NCBI GenBank assembly: GCA_018715525.1
Contig: DVLL01000017.1
Span: 15,070 to 79,069 of the forward strand
Source: Candidatus Faeciplasma pullistercoris
GTDB taxonomy: Bacteria; Bacillota; Clostridia; Oscillospirales; Ruminococcaceae
Direction: 5' to 3'
DNA length: 64,000 bases
Shown: piece after piece, positions 8,431-18,104 of the stretch
Layout of the letters: the number at the start of each line of letters is the position of its first letter
Numbering within the stretch: position 1 is the first letter of the stretch
The notes under the pieces: model-generated
Told to the model about the DNA's origin: nothing
Databases searched by the model: none
The model's input: only the letters and a program-made list of their open reading frames with translations
Position numbers and translations under genes: made by a program

Positions 8431-10053
8431 TTACTTGGCTTTCTTTTTGCCCTTAGAGGTTGCCGCGATGATTATAATAACAGCCGCAACAACTACGACA
8501 GCGCCGACAATGATTACTACCAGAGTAACGGTGTCGATAGACGCGCCCTCGCCGTCCGCCGCATCATTGGCGGCGTCGCCCGCGGTAACGGGAGTTCCGA
8601 GGTAAGGATTTTCCTTCTCCTCAACCACGGGAGCTACATAGTCGGGATCTGCGGGCATGTCGATGACGTAGGTTGTGACGCTCTGAGCGGGAAGCTCTAC
8701 GCCGTTCTCGTCATATTCGGTGTCCAGCCAGTAGTCATACAGGAAGGGATTTTCGTTGCCAAGTGTCTGGAAGCCCATGGTAGAGGTTATCTCTGCGTCT
8801 CCGAGGTCAAACACAAGGTTGTCTGCTTCCTGAGTATTGTTGACCGCAACGATTACCAATCTTGAGGAGTCGGGCGCCTTGAACGCAACTACGGTGGACT
8901 TAGAGTCGTTAGCGACATCCACTCTCTCATAGCCGCGCTCAACATACTTGGAGAAGTGCATCATGATGTAGTGGTTGCCGTTTCTCTTGATTGTGTCAAA
9001 CTCACCCGCTCCGCCTATCTCGATAAGGCAGTTGCCGACATCTCCTGTCCATACGCCGTTCCAGTAGAGGTACGCGCTGAGGTTCTCATAGATAAACTCG
9101 TTCGCCATCTTCTCGGCGTGGTTTATGTACTCGTTGTAGTACCACTCGGTCTGCCACATGGTGTAGTCGTCGGAATACTCCTCGCCCACCTCAGAGTAGC
9201 TCTGTGGAGTGTTCGGGCTTCCGTAAAGGTGGTGAGCTATGACCTCGAAGGAATCGGGATCCTCCTCGATAAGTGGAGTGAGGTATTCTCTCATGATTCC
9301 CACCGAGTCAGCCATTACCTCGGCGCCGGTGATGCTGGGAGCAAACTCTCCGAATGCTTCCTGGAACGCCTCATAGACCGCGAGGTGAGCCTTCCAGTAA
9401 GCGCAGTGATACTCATTCTCCTCCGGACCGAAGTAGAAGCCTGCCTGATCTCTCGCGTTGCCCTGCTCGTCTATGTGAAGACCCTGAAGCTCAGTCTCGT
9501 TTGAGATAGAGAAGTAGTCGACCGGAATTCCGGCGTCAAAGAAGAGCTGGATTGACTCAACGCAGAACTGAGCCAGCTCATCATACATGTACTCGCCGTT
9601 CTCGTCCTTGGCAAGTGTGTAGTAGGTGTGACCCTCGTCGTCCAGCTCGGTGAAAGCAACGAAGTCGAGGTCTCTGTCATACTGACCCCAGCTGGTTACC
9701 AGAACGAGCGGGTCTATTCCTCTCGCGACCGCAGCCTGATAGTAGCCGCTGTACGCAGGATAGCCGTTGAGGGCGTTCTGATATTCCTCGCCCACATGGT
9801 TGAGGTCTCTGAATCTGAGTATGTTGAACTCAGCGTCATTGAATATCCAGTCATATCCCTCTTCGGCGTTTACATTGGTGGTCAGCCAGTCGCTGTACCA
9901 GGTATATGACGCGCCGAAGCCGTCAATGGTCTGATATGTGGTGTCCATGTCTATCGTGACATTGGCGTCCGCCGCCAAAACTGACGCGCTAAGGCAGGAT
10001 ACCGACAGGATAAGGGCAAAAAATATTGCCGCTATCTTTGAAAGCTTCTTCAA
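8431..10053 (-). CDS. glycoside hydrolase, GH30-like (clan GH-A), signal peptide plus C-terminal membrane anchor
   Basis: The N-terminal IDGFGAS motif is typical of GH30. The candidate acid/base is in SISNETE and the candidate nucleophile in MWQTEWY. The C-terminal hydrophobic helix is followed by SKGKKKAK. The TTG at 10053 (MKKLSKIAAIFF) has better RBS spacing than the GTG at 10062. Confidence 0.7.
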   Translation of the reverse strand: MKKLSKIAAIFFALILSVSCLSASVLAADANVTIDMDTTYQTIDGFGASYTWYSDWLTTNVNAEEGYDWIFNDAEFNILRFRDLNHVGEEYQNALNGYPAYSGYYQAAVARGIDPLVLVTSWGQYDRDLDFVAFTELDDEGHTYYTLAKDENGEYMYDELAQFCVESIQLFFDAGIPVDYFSISNETELQGLHIDEQGNARDQAGFYFGPEENEYHCAYWKAHLAVYEAFQEAFGEFAPSITGAEVMADSVGIMREYLTPLIEEDPDSFEVIAHHLYGSPNTPQSYSEVGEEYSDDYTMWQTEWYYNEYINHAEKMANEFIYENLSAYLYWNGVWTGDVGNCLIEIGGAGEFDTIKRNGNHYIMMHFSKYVERGYERVDVANDSKSTVVAFKAPDSSRLVIVAVNNTQEADNLVFDLGDAEITSTMGFQTLGNENPFLYDYWLDTEYDENGVELPAQSVTTYVIDMPADPDYVAPVVEEKENPYLGTPVTAGDAANDAADGEGASIDTVTLVVIIVGAVVVVAAVIIIIAATSKGKKKAK

Positions 10054-10252
10054 ATAAATCACCTTTCCTTGTAAATGAATTTCATATTGCCGTTGCCAAT
10101 ACGCCTATTTTAACTCAATTATCTCTCTGTGTCAACATAAATTCTCTGTTTTAAGTCAAAAAATAAGGCACTCTGCCCAAATCGGCAAAGCACCTTATTT
10201 GAAATTATCGTTATTATTTAAACTTTTTCGCCTATGACAGCGGTTTTCTCAG

Positions 10253-12280
10253 TTACTCTTCCTTTTCGGTAGAGCTTGCGTCAGGCTCCGAAGCCGGCTT
10301 TGTCTCTTCCTTAGCATCGTCTTCAGCCTCCGGCTCAGACTCCGCTTCTGCCTTTGAAGCCTCAGTTTCAGGAGCGCTTTCCTCAGGCGCAGGCTCATTT
10401 GCAGCGCTGTCGTCAAGCTCGGAAGCGACCTCGTCCGGATCCTTGCCTTCCATCAGCATAACAAACTGCTCTCCGTTTATTTTCTCATGCTTCATAAGGA
10501 ACTTGGCAACCGTGTGAAGCTGATCAATATGCTCGGTAAGGATCTCTATGGCCTTGTCGTACGCCGAGTGCATTATCGAGCGAAGCTCGCTGTCGATCTC
10601 TCCGGCGATCACCTCTGAATAAGACTTGTTCGAGTTATAGTCTCTGCCTAAGAAGACCTCGTCGTCGTCCCTGCCGTATACGATAGGTCCGAGCTTGTCG
10701 CTGAAGCCGTAGCGGGTAACCATGCTTCTTCCTATGTTGGTAGCGCGCTCAAGGTCGTTTGAAGCGCCGGTGGAAATGTCATCGAGCACGACCTTCTCCG
10801 CCGCGCGTCCTCCGAGAAGAGCAATTATCTCCTCGTTCATCTCTGTCCTCGTTACATACGACTTGTCGCTCTCGGGAAGAGCCATCGTGTAGCCTCCCGC
10901 CTGACCTCTCGGAATTATCGAGACCTCCTGAACCTTATCCTGAGTCGGGCAATAATAGTGGCAGATGGCGTGACCTGACTCGTGATAAGCAGTAAGCTTT
11001 CTCTCCTTATCGGTCACGACCCTCGATTTCTTCTCGGGACCCGCGATTACCTTTATCGCCGCCTCTCCGAGATCCTGGGCGCAGATAGCCTTTCTGTTAT
11101 TCTTGACCGCGAGCAGCGCAGCCTCGTTTACAAGGTTTGCAAGATCAGCTCCGGTAAATCCGGGAGTCGCGGCGGCTATCTTCTTAAGGTCTACATCGGG
11201 CGCCAAAGGCTTGTTTCTCGAATGAACCTTAAGTATTGCCTCTCTTCCCTTTATATCCGGGTAGTTAACATAAACCTGACGATCAAAGCGTCCGGGGCGC
11301 AAAAGCGCGGGGTCAAGCACGTCTCGGCGGTTGGTCGCAGCCATGACTATTACAGAGCTGTTCACCTCGAAGCCGTCCATCTCTACAAGGAGCTGGTTAA
11401 GCGTCTGCTCACGCTCGTCGTGTCCTCCGCCGAGTCCGGCACCTCTGCGGCGTCCTACGGCGTCAATCTCGTCTATGAAAATTATTGATGGCGAAGCCTT
11501 CTTTGCCTGATCGAAAAGATCCCTTACTCTCGCTGCTCCTACACCCACATACAGCTCAAGGAAGTCTGAACCGGAAATCGAGAAGAACGGTACGCCGGCT
11601 TCTCCCGCGACAGCCTTTGCCAAAAGCGTTTTACCTGTTCCGGGAGGGCCTACCAAAAGCACGCCTTTAGGTATCTTGGCGCCTATGTCATGGTATTTTT
11701 TCGGGTTCTTCAAGAGCTCTACTATCTCCTGAAGCTCCGCCTTCTCCTCATCAGCTCCGGCAACATCGTCAAAGGTGACCTGATTTTTGTTGTCAACGTC
11801 AAGCTTTACATTCGCCTTGCCGACAGAGCCAATCTTTCCGGCAGAGGATATGCTTCTCGACATGGACACAACAACAAAGATCATTACGCCTATCATCAGA
11901 AGCGTCGGTATTAGGTTGAGCCAGAAGGAACTGTCCGTAGCAGGAATGAGGTTGTATTTAAGAGGCGTCGAGTGAGTGGAGTTGTACTCCGTGCGGTAGT
12001 TGTTGCCGTCGCCAAAGAGCTCATTGTAGAATACCGATACATTGGGAACGTCATAACTTTTTTCCTCATCGCTCCCATCCAGCTTATAGACAAGCTCGCC
12101 TGAGCCGAGATTCAAAGTAAATTCGCTTACCCTGTAATCGTCAAAATACTGGATTATGTCGGAATAACTCACCTCGACCTGAGGTGAGACAAGGCTTCGA
12201 AAGCCCATCACCATAATCAGAAGTATTACTGCCGAGATCGCAAAGTAGACCAGCATGCCTTTCGATTTGTCGAATTTCAA
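10253..12280 (-). CDS. ftsH: ATP-dependent zinc metalloprotease FtsH
   Basis: AAA+ Walker [24 protein letters not shown], zinc site HESGHA and two N-terminal TM helices. The tail is acidic and rich in Glu, Ala and Pro. TTG start with a good SD. Confidence 0.95.
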   Translation of the reverse strand: MKFDKSKGMLVYFAISAVILLIMVMGFRSLVSPQVEVSYSDIIQYFDDYRVSEFTLNLGSGELVYKLDGSDEEKSYDVPNVSVFYNELFGDGNNYRTEYNSTHSTPLKYNLIPATDSSFWLNLIPTLLMIGVMIFVVVSMSRSISSAGKIGSVGKANVKLDVDNKNQVTFDDVAGADEEKAELQEIVELLKNPKKYHDIGAKIPKGVLLVGPPGTGKTLLAKAVAGEAGVPFFSISGSDFLELYVGVGAARVRDLFDQAKKASPSIIFIDEIDAVGRRRGAGLGGGHDEREQTLNQLLVEMDGFEVNSSVIVMAATNRRDVLDPALLRPGRFDRQVYVNYPDIKGREAILKVHSRNKPLAPDVDLKKIAAATPGFTGADLANLVNEAALLAVKNNRKAICAQDLGEAAIKVIAGPEKKSRVVTDKERKLTAYHESGHAICHYYCPTQDKVQEVSIIPRGQAGGYTMALPESDKSYVTRTEMNEEIIALLGGRAAEKVVLDDISTGASNDLERATNIGRSMVTRYGFSDKLGPIVYGRDDDEVFLGRDYNSNKSYSEVIAGEIDSELRSIMHSAYDKAIEILTEHIDQLHTVAKFLMKHEKINGEQFVMLMEGKDPDEVASELDDSAANEPAPEESAPETEASKAEAESEPEAEDDAKEETKPASEPDASSTEKEE

Positions 12281-12310
12281 TTGTATACCTCTTTTCCGTA
12301 CTTTATTGGA

Positions 12311-12835
12311 TTACAGAATGACCTCTCCGATGTAATCGAGATTTCTGTAGTATTCGTCGTAGTCAAGACCATATCCGACAACAAACCTGTCCTCAATGGT
12401 AAAGCAGCTGTAATCCGCCTTTATATCTATAGCTCTGCGGGAGGGTTTATCCATGAACGCAGCTATTTTTACATCCTTGGCGCCCCTCGCGAGCATAGTT
12501 TCCCTTAATACATGAAGCGTCCTGCCCGTATCGAGAATGTCCTCGACAAGCAGCACGTTCTTGCCGTCGACATCGAGCTCTGTGTCCATCTTGACATTTA
12601 CCGCTCCGACGGAAACGGTTCCAGAGTAGCTCTTGGCGCTGATAAAATCCATAGTTATGGGAAGGTCTATCGCTCTTACAAGGTCTGCCATAAACACAAA
12701 CGACCCCTTGAGCACGCCGACCATCACAACCGGCTCAGACTTATAGTCCTGGGTGAGCTTTTTGCCAAGCTTCGCTACCGCCTCGTCGATCTGCTCCTTG
12801 GATATCATTTCGACTACCTTATGTTTATATTCCAT
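12311..12835 (-). CDS. hpt: hypoxanthine-guanine phosphoribosyltransferase
   Basis: 174 aa with the PRPP-binding loop VLLVEDILDTGRT. It sits in the conserved tilS-hpt-ftsH arrangement. Confidence 0.9.
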   Translation of the reverse strand: MEYKHKVVEMISKEQIDEAVAKLGKKLTQDYKSEPVVMVGVLKGSFVFMADLVRAIDLPITMDFISAKSYSGTVSVGAVNVKMDTELDVDGKNVLLVEDILDTGRTLHVLRETMLARGAKDVKIAAFMDKPSRRAIDIKADYSCFTIEDRFVVGYGLDYDEYYRNLDYIGEVIL

Positions 12836-12853
12836 GGTGACACTTCCTTTTCG

Positions 12854-14176
12854 TCAAAATATGTCTATTTTAACAGCCGAAACGGAATTTTCATCACTCC
12901 CGGAATCGCCCGTATCCGTACAAGCAGCGACCCTTTCCGCCACTCCGAAGCCCTGCACGAAAATCGCCCCCTCCTCGTCCGCTATGACTAAGGCCTGCTT
13001 TCTTTCGCGCGGGGGGATATCCGCCAGCAGCTTTTTGACCGTGGAGGTGAAGCCCCTGCCCAAAAGCCTGATCTTTTCGTTGCCGAGGTAGCTTCTTATC
13101 ACGGTATCGCCGACAACGCGTTCCGGATTGATAAAATATTTTAATTCCTGTTTGTTATAAACCGATGGTTTAAATTGTGAAATTTCAGTGAATTCAACCG
13201 TATACCTTCCGACTGTTATTTTCCCTTTCAAATCTGTCTTTACAAATATATCTTCCAACGCAGCGTCAGACTCAAAGCTTATTTTGCCCGATTCTCCCCT
13301 GACATAAACGCCGGAGCGCAGATTTATTCTGCCGTCTCTTTTGCACAGCTCCCTCATACCGTCTATTTTCTCGTGTGACGGCTCCACGCCGTTCATTCTT
13401 GCGAGCTTAACGAGCGCCTCGCCGAGGATAAAATCCTCGCACCCTGAAAGCCTGTAGCCGCCTCCGTCAAAACCGCTGTCAAGCAGCGCCGAGGACTTCG
13501 AGTCTATATACCTGTCCGCGCCCTCAAATATCTCAAGGGTTTTAAGATAAGTCTTATAGAGCGAAGGATTTATCCTCAAAAGCTGAGGTATTACATTCAG
13601 TCTTATTATATTTCTCGAGCAGTCGTCAACAAGATTAGTGGAGTCGGTGACATATTCCTGCCCGAGCCCGCTAAGGTACTCCTCTATCTGCGCGCGCGTA
13701 GTTCTTATCAGCGGTCTCACTATGTTTCCCCTGACCGCGGGTATGCCGGTTATTCCGCTTATCCCGCAGCCGCGAACCAAGTTAAAGAGCATGGTCTCAA
13801 AACAGTCGTTAAGGCTATGGGCGGTCGCCAGCCTGCACCCGTCAAGGTGGTTTTCTATTTCCTGATACCTGAGCTTTCTCGCACCCTCCTCGGTTGAGAC
13901 ACGGCACATGCGGCAGTAGCCGGCGACATCAACGCTCTCGCAAAAAAGCGTGACTCCCAGCCTTTGGCACAGCTCCCGGCAGAATCTCTCGTCCCTGTCG
14001 CTCTCCTCCCCGCGAAGATTGTGGTTCACATGGACCGCAAACACCCGGTATCCGAGCTCCCTTAGCGCCAAAAGCAGCGAAACGCTGTCCGCTCCGCCCG
14101 AAAGAGCTACGCACACTCTTTCGCCGGGATTCAGCATCTTATATTTTTTTATAGTCTCGGCAACTCCTGTCAGCAT
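12854..14176 (-). CDS. tilS: tRNA(Ile)-lysidine synthetase
   Basis: N-type ATP-PPase motif SGGADS near the N-terminus. Position immediately upstream of hpt-ftsH. Confidence 0.9.
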   Translation of the reverse strand: MLTGVAETIKKYKMLNPGERVCVALSGGADSVSLLLALRELGYRVFAVHVNHNLRGEESDRDERFCRELCQRLGVTLFCESVDVAGYCRMCRVSTEEGARKLRYQEIENHLDGCRLATAHSLNDCFETMLFNLVRGCGISGITGIPAVRGNIVRPLIRTTRAQIEEYLSGLGQEYVTDSTNLVDDCSRNIIRLNVIPQLLRINPSLYKTYLKTLEIFEGADRYIDSKSSALLDSGFDGGGYRLSGCEDFILGEALVKLARMNGVEPSHEKIDGMRELCKRDGRINLRSGVYVRGESGKISFESDAALEDIFVKTDLKGKITVGRYTVEFTEISQFKPSVYNKQELKYFINPERVVGDTVIRSYLGNEKIRLLGRGFTSTVKKLLADIPPRERKQALVIADEEGAIFVQGFGVAERVAACTDTGDSGSDENSVSAVKIDIF

Positions 14177-14177
14177 A

Positions 14178-15533
14178 CTACTGCTTCCTTGTGTCGATAT
14201 TTCTAAACAGCGTATATTCTCCCAAAAACGCCATGTTTACCGTTCCGGTGCCGCCATGCCTGTTTTTCGCGACTATACATTCGGCGGCGGACTGATTGGG
14301 GTCTTCCTTGTTATACTGACCCTCACGATAGATAAAGAGTATTATATCCGCGTCCTGCTCGATAGAGCCGGACTCACGAAGGTCGGAGGGCATAGGTCTG
14401 TGATCCTGTCTCGACTCTACAGAACGGTTGAGCTGAGATGCCAAAATTATCGGCACGTTCAGCTCCTTCGCCATCAGCTTTACCTGTCTTGTTATCTCCG
14501 ATACCTCGTTTACACGGCTGGTGTGATTTCCGGTAGACTCCATCAGCTGTAAGTAATCTATTATCACAAGCCCGAGATTTCTCATTCTGCGAAGCTTCGC
14601 CTTCATGGCGGAAACGGTTATTCCCGCCGTGTCGTCTATGTAGATATTCACATGGGACAGCGCGTCGGCTGCCTCCGCGAGCTTTATCCACTCCTCGCTG
14701 CTTATTACTCCCGATGTGAGCGAGGTGTTGGGCACGAGCGCCTCGGAGCTGAGCATCCTCGTAGCTATCTGCTCCTTGCTCATCTCAAGAGAGAAGATGC
14801 AAATATCCTTTTCCGGATTCTTTTTCGCTACGTTTGCCGCTATGTTGAACGCGAACGCCGATTTTCCCATTCCGGGTCGACCGGCAACTATTATAAGGTC
14901 GGATTTGTTAAGACCGGCTATGTACGAATCAAGAAGACCGTATCCGGAACGAAGACCCTGATACATATCCTTGTCCTCGCCGGATAGCTTCTGGATCCTG
15001 TCGTATGCCGAAACTATTATCTCGCTCAGGCGGGTAAGCCCGTTTGCCTCCCTGTCCTGCCTTATTTCGTATACCTTTTGCTCGGCGAGATCCAAAAGCT
15101 TCTTTGGGTCCTCCGAGCCGTCCTCGCAGGCGTCCAGAACATCCCTGGCAACCGACATGAGCGAGCGGATAAGGTACTTGTCCTCGACGATTTTACAGTA
15201 TGACTGGATATTAGAGGTGGACGGAACGCCGTCCATTATTCCCTTGAGGTACGCCTTTGCCATCTCGGCGGTCTCAAAAATCCCCTCCGCAACCGTCTCG
15301 TTCATAACGGTGATTATGTCCGGGCTCTGACCGTTAGAGAACATCCTGAGTATTATCGAAAATATCTTGCGGTGCTGCTCACGATAGAAGCAGTCCGGCT
15401 TGAGCATGGATATTACAGTCGGCAGAGTATCCGGGTTCAAAAGCATAGCTCCTAAGACCGTCTGCTCAGACTCAAGGCTGTAAGGAAGCTCTTTTCCCAT
15501 CAGCTCTGTTATGCCCATGCTGTTTACCGCCAT
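14178..15533 (-). CDS. dnaB: replicative DNA helicase DnaB (DnaC in Bacillus nomenclature)
   Basis: Walker A GRPGMGKSAF, the IIDYLQLM block and an N-terminal domain LPYSLESEQTVLGAML. The start at 15533 follows GAGGGGAGG. The length is normal, so there is no intein. Confidence 0.95.
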   Translation of the reverse strand: MAVNSMGITELMGKELPYSLESEQTVLGAMLLNPDTLPTVISMLKPDCFYREQHRKIFSIILRMFSNGQSPDIITVMNETVAEGIFETAEMAKAYLKGIMDGVPSTSNIQSYCKIVEDKYLIRSLMSVARDVLDACEDGSEDPKKLLDLAEQKVYEIRQDREANGLTRLSEIIVSAYDRIQKLSGEDKDMYQGLRSGYGLLDSYIAGLNKSDLIIVAGRPGMGKSAFAFNIAANVAKKNPEKDICIFSLEMSKEQIATRMLSSEALVPNTSLTSGVISSEEWIKLAEAADALSHVNIYIDDTAGITVSAMKAKLRRMRNLGLVIIDYLQLMESTGNHTSRVNEVSEITRQVKLMAKELNVPIILASQLNRSVESRQDHRPMPSDLRESGSIEQDADIILFIYREGQYNKEDPNQSAAECIVAKNRHGGTGTVNMAFLGEYTLFRNIDTRKQ

Positions 15534-15601
15534 ACGGCAACGCCTCCCCTCGTCCAAAAATACTCAAGCAGCTCCGCTAAGCTCGGCTGCACCATCACCG
15601 A

Positions 15602-16051
15602 TTATTCCTCCGGCTCTACCTTGACGCTCATCTTGCAGCTTATGCCCTGAGTCATCTTGACCTCAAACTCATAATCGCCGTAAGCCTTTATATCCGAGCT
15701 AAGAACTATCTTTTTCTTGTCTATATCTATGCCGTAGTCAGACTTGATCCTCTCGCTGAGGGTCGCTGAGGTTACTGCTCCGAAGAGCTTTCCTCCCTGT
15801 CCCGCCTTTGCCTTGATAAGGATGACCTTGTCCTTGAGCTTTGCGGCGACAGCCTCAGCCTCCGACTTTGCCACCTCCATGCGGTGCTGCTCGGCGGCCT
15901 TTCTGCCCTGCAAATCATTCACATTCTTGGCGGTCGCCTCTATGGCGTAGCCCTTTGCCAAAAGGAAGTTTCTCGCGTAGCCGTCTGCGACGTCCAATAT
16001 CGTGCCGGCCTTCCCCGAGCCCTTGACATCCTTGATGAGTATAACCTTCAT
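15602..16051 (-). CDS. rplI: 50S ribosomal protein L9
   Basis: [30 protein letters not shown] is the canonical L9 N-terminus. 149 aa from the internal ATG at 16051. Confidence 0.95.
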   Translation of the reverse strand: MKVILIKDVKGSGKAGTILDVADGYARNFLLAKGYAIEATAKNVNDLQGRKAAEQHRMEVAKSEAEAVAAKLKDKVILIKAKAGQGGKLFGAVTSATLSERIKSDYGIDIDKKKIVLSSDIKAYGDYEFEVKMTQGISCKMSVKVEPEE

Positions 16052-16085
16052 AAACCTTCCTCCTTTGTATGCCGATATCAAAGCT

Positions 16086-18038
16086 TTAAAGCTTTATTAT
16101 AAAATTATCTATGGCTTCCTTTACCTTCTTGACAGCCTCTTCCACCGAGACGTTCAGCTGAGCGCCCGCCATCGTCTGATGTCCGCCTCCGCCTATGGCC
16201 TCCATTATCAGCTGAACGTTAAACGAGCCCAAAGATCTCGCAGAAATGTAGCAGACTCCGTCCATACGGTATATCACAAACGACGCCTTTACGCCTATGA
16301 TACCCAAAAGCTCGTCTGCCGCCTGCGGAGCGGCAAGCCTCAGCTCAGGCGCGTTTGATTCCGTCGTAGCTATAGCGCAGCCGTGGAAAAGCGTTGCCGA
16401 CTGAATGAGTATGCTTTTTTCCCGGTAGGTGTTCAGGGTGTCCGAGAAGAGATTTTTCACCGCTATGGTGTCCGCTCCGAGCTTCTTCAGGTACGCCGCA
16501 GCCTCAAAGGTCCTTGAGCCGGAGCGCATTACAAAGTTCTTGGTGTCAAGCATTATTCCTGCCAGAAGCGCCTCGGCGTCACGGATAGAAATCTTGCATT
16601 CGGAGCCGAAATACTGTATAAGCTCGGTAGCCATCTCGCTCGTTGAGGACGCAAACGGCTCGTGGAAGAATACCACGGCGTTGTCGATATGGTTGACCAT
16701 CTTTCTGTGGTGGTCGATTACAACAACCGTGTTGGCAGCCTCATACAGCGTCTTTGAGTCTACAAACTCGGGGTTGTGAGTGTCGCAGATTATAAGGAGC
16801 GAATTGTCGCTTATGCTGCTCAGCGCAGCCTCGCAGGACATGAAATAGTCTCCGGAGCCGTTCTGCGTCATGTAGTCTATAAGCGTTTTGCACAGGTTTT
16901 TCTCCGGGTCTATGACGCAGTAAGCCTGCTTGCCCATGCTCCTGAGCGCTCCGCAGAGTCCTATAGAAGAGCCGAGGGCGTCAAAGTCCGCAAACTTGTG
17001 TCCCATTATGTAAACCGTTCCGCTGCTCTGAGCAAGCTCCTTGAGTGCGGTGGCTATGATACGGGATCTGACCTTTGTCGATTTTTCTACCGCCTTGGAT
17101 ATTCCTCCGAAGAACTCAAAGCCACCCGGCGTCTTGACCGCCGCCTGATCTCCGCCTCGTCCCAGGCACATGTCAAGCGACTGCTTGGCGTATACCTCGC
17201 TTTCAGCCATGGTCTTGGCTCCCCTTCCGACGCCTATCGAAAGAGTGACGCTCGAGCGGTCTCCGACCTGAATGGAACGAACCTCGTCGAGAATATCAAA
17301 TTTTCTCTCTATTATCCTGCTCAGGTGACGCTCCTCAATTATGGCGTAGAAGCGGTCGTTGGCTACCTTGTGGATAACGCCGTTGGTGTTTTCGATGAAC
17401 CTCTCGAACACCTGCTCTATCTGTCCCTGGATGTTGGACTTGTCGCTCTCCTTGGCGTTCTGCAAAACATCGTCGTAGTTGTCCACCATCATTATCATGA
17501 CTGTCTTGCGGCTCGCCTTGTACTCGTTTTCGAGCAGGACATGGTCTGTGATGTCAGAAAACCTTATCACGGACAAAGAGAATGTTTCAGACTGTCTCGC
17601 AGAAACATTATAATATCTGTCCAGGATTTTTACTGTAGCCCCGCTCTGAGCGAATATTTTCGCGGTGTTATTGCCCACCAAATCAGACAAATGCACCCCG
17701 TAAGCCCTGTCGTCGCCGAAAAGCCTGTCCTCAAACTCGCGATTGTACCATATCACGCTCTCGGTGTCGTCAACTATTATGATAGGCTCGGGAAAGTCAT
17801 AGAATGTCTCCCTGCTTATCGAAACGATATCCTTGTCCATAGCGGTAACATACTTCGTGATATCCTTGTTGAATATCAAGGAAAGTATGAGCAGCAGGGC
17901 GGAGCATATGAAAACCGCCGCGGCACCCAAAAATCCGGCTACGTCTGCGGACAAAGCGAGAAGTATCCCAAACACGAGCGAGAAGAGTATCAGCAGACAC
18001 AGCGCGGCTATATACAGCTTCGGCAATCTTTTTTTCAC
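16086..18038 (-). CDS. gdpP: GdpP-type DHH/DHHA1 phosphodiesterase (c-di-AMP phosphodiesterase family)
   Basis: Two N-terminal TM helices, a central degenerate GGDEF-like region, a DHH motif (VVIDHHRK) and a DHHA1 GGGH motif ([12 protein letters not shown]). Conserved position upstream of rplI-dnaB. Confidence 0.85.
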   Translation of the reverse strand: MKKRLPKLYIAALCLLILFSLVFGILLALSADVAGFLGAAAVFICSALLLILSLIFNKDITKYVTAMDKDIVSISRETFYDFPEPIIIVDDTESVIWYNREFEDRLFGDDRAYGVHLSDLVGNNTAKIFAQSGATVKILDRYYNVSARQSETFSLSVIRFSDITDHVLLENEYKASRKTVMIMMVDNYDDVLQNAKESDKSNIQGQIEQVFERFIENTNGVIHKVANDRFYAIIEERHLSRIIERKFDILDEVRSIQVGDRSSVTLSIGVGRGAKTMAESEVYAKQSLDMCLGRGGDQAAVKTPGGFEFFGGISKAVEKSTKVRSRIIATALKELAQSSGTVYIMGHKFADFDALGSSIGLCGALRSMGKQAYCVIDPEKNLCKTLIDYMTQNGSGDYFMSCEAALSSISDNSLLIICDTHNPEFVDSKTLYEAANTVVVIDHHRKMVNHIDNAVVFFHEPFASSTSEMATELIQYFGSECKISIRDAEALLAGIMLDTKNFVMRSGSRTFEAAAYLKKLGADTIAVKNLFSDTLNTYREKSILIQSATLFHGCAIATTESNAPELRLAAPQAADELLGIIGVKASFVIYRMDGVCYISARSLGSFNVQLIMEAIGGGGHQTMAGAQLNVSVEEAVKKVKEAIDNFIIKL

Positions 18039-18104
18039 CCGTACATCATCCCTTTCCGAGTCAACTTTTTCCCTTTATTGCGGCGACGCGCCGCGAAATG
18101 TACC

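Noticed and set aside
14178-15557. Checked DnaB, PNPase, FtsH, GlgP and RNase J for inteins or group I/II introns.
   Set aside because: All have normal lengths and continuous family motifs. No Hint/endonuclease blocks and no reverse transcriptase/maturase ORF are present.
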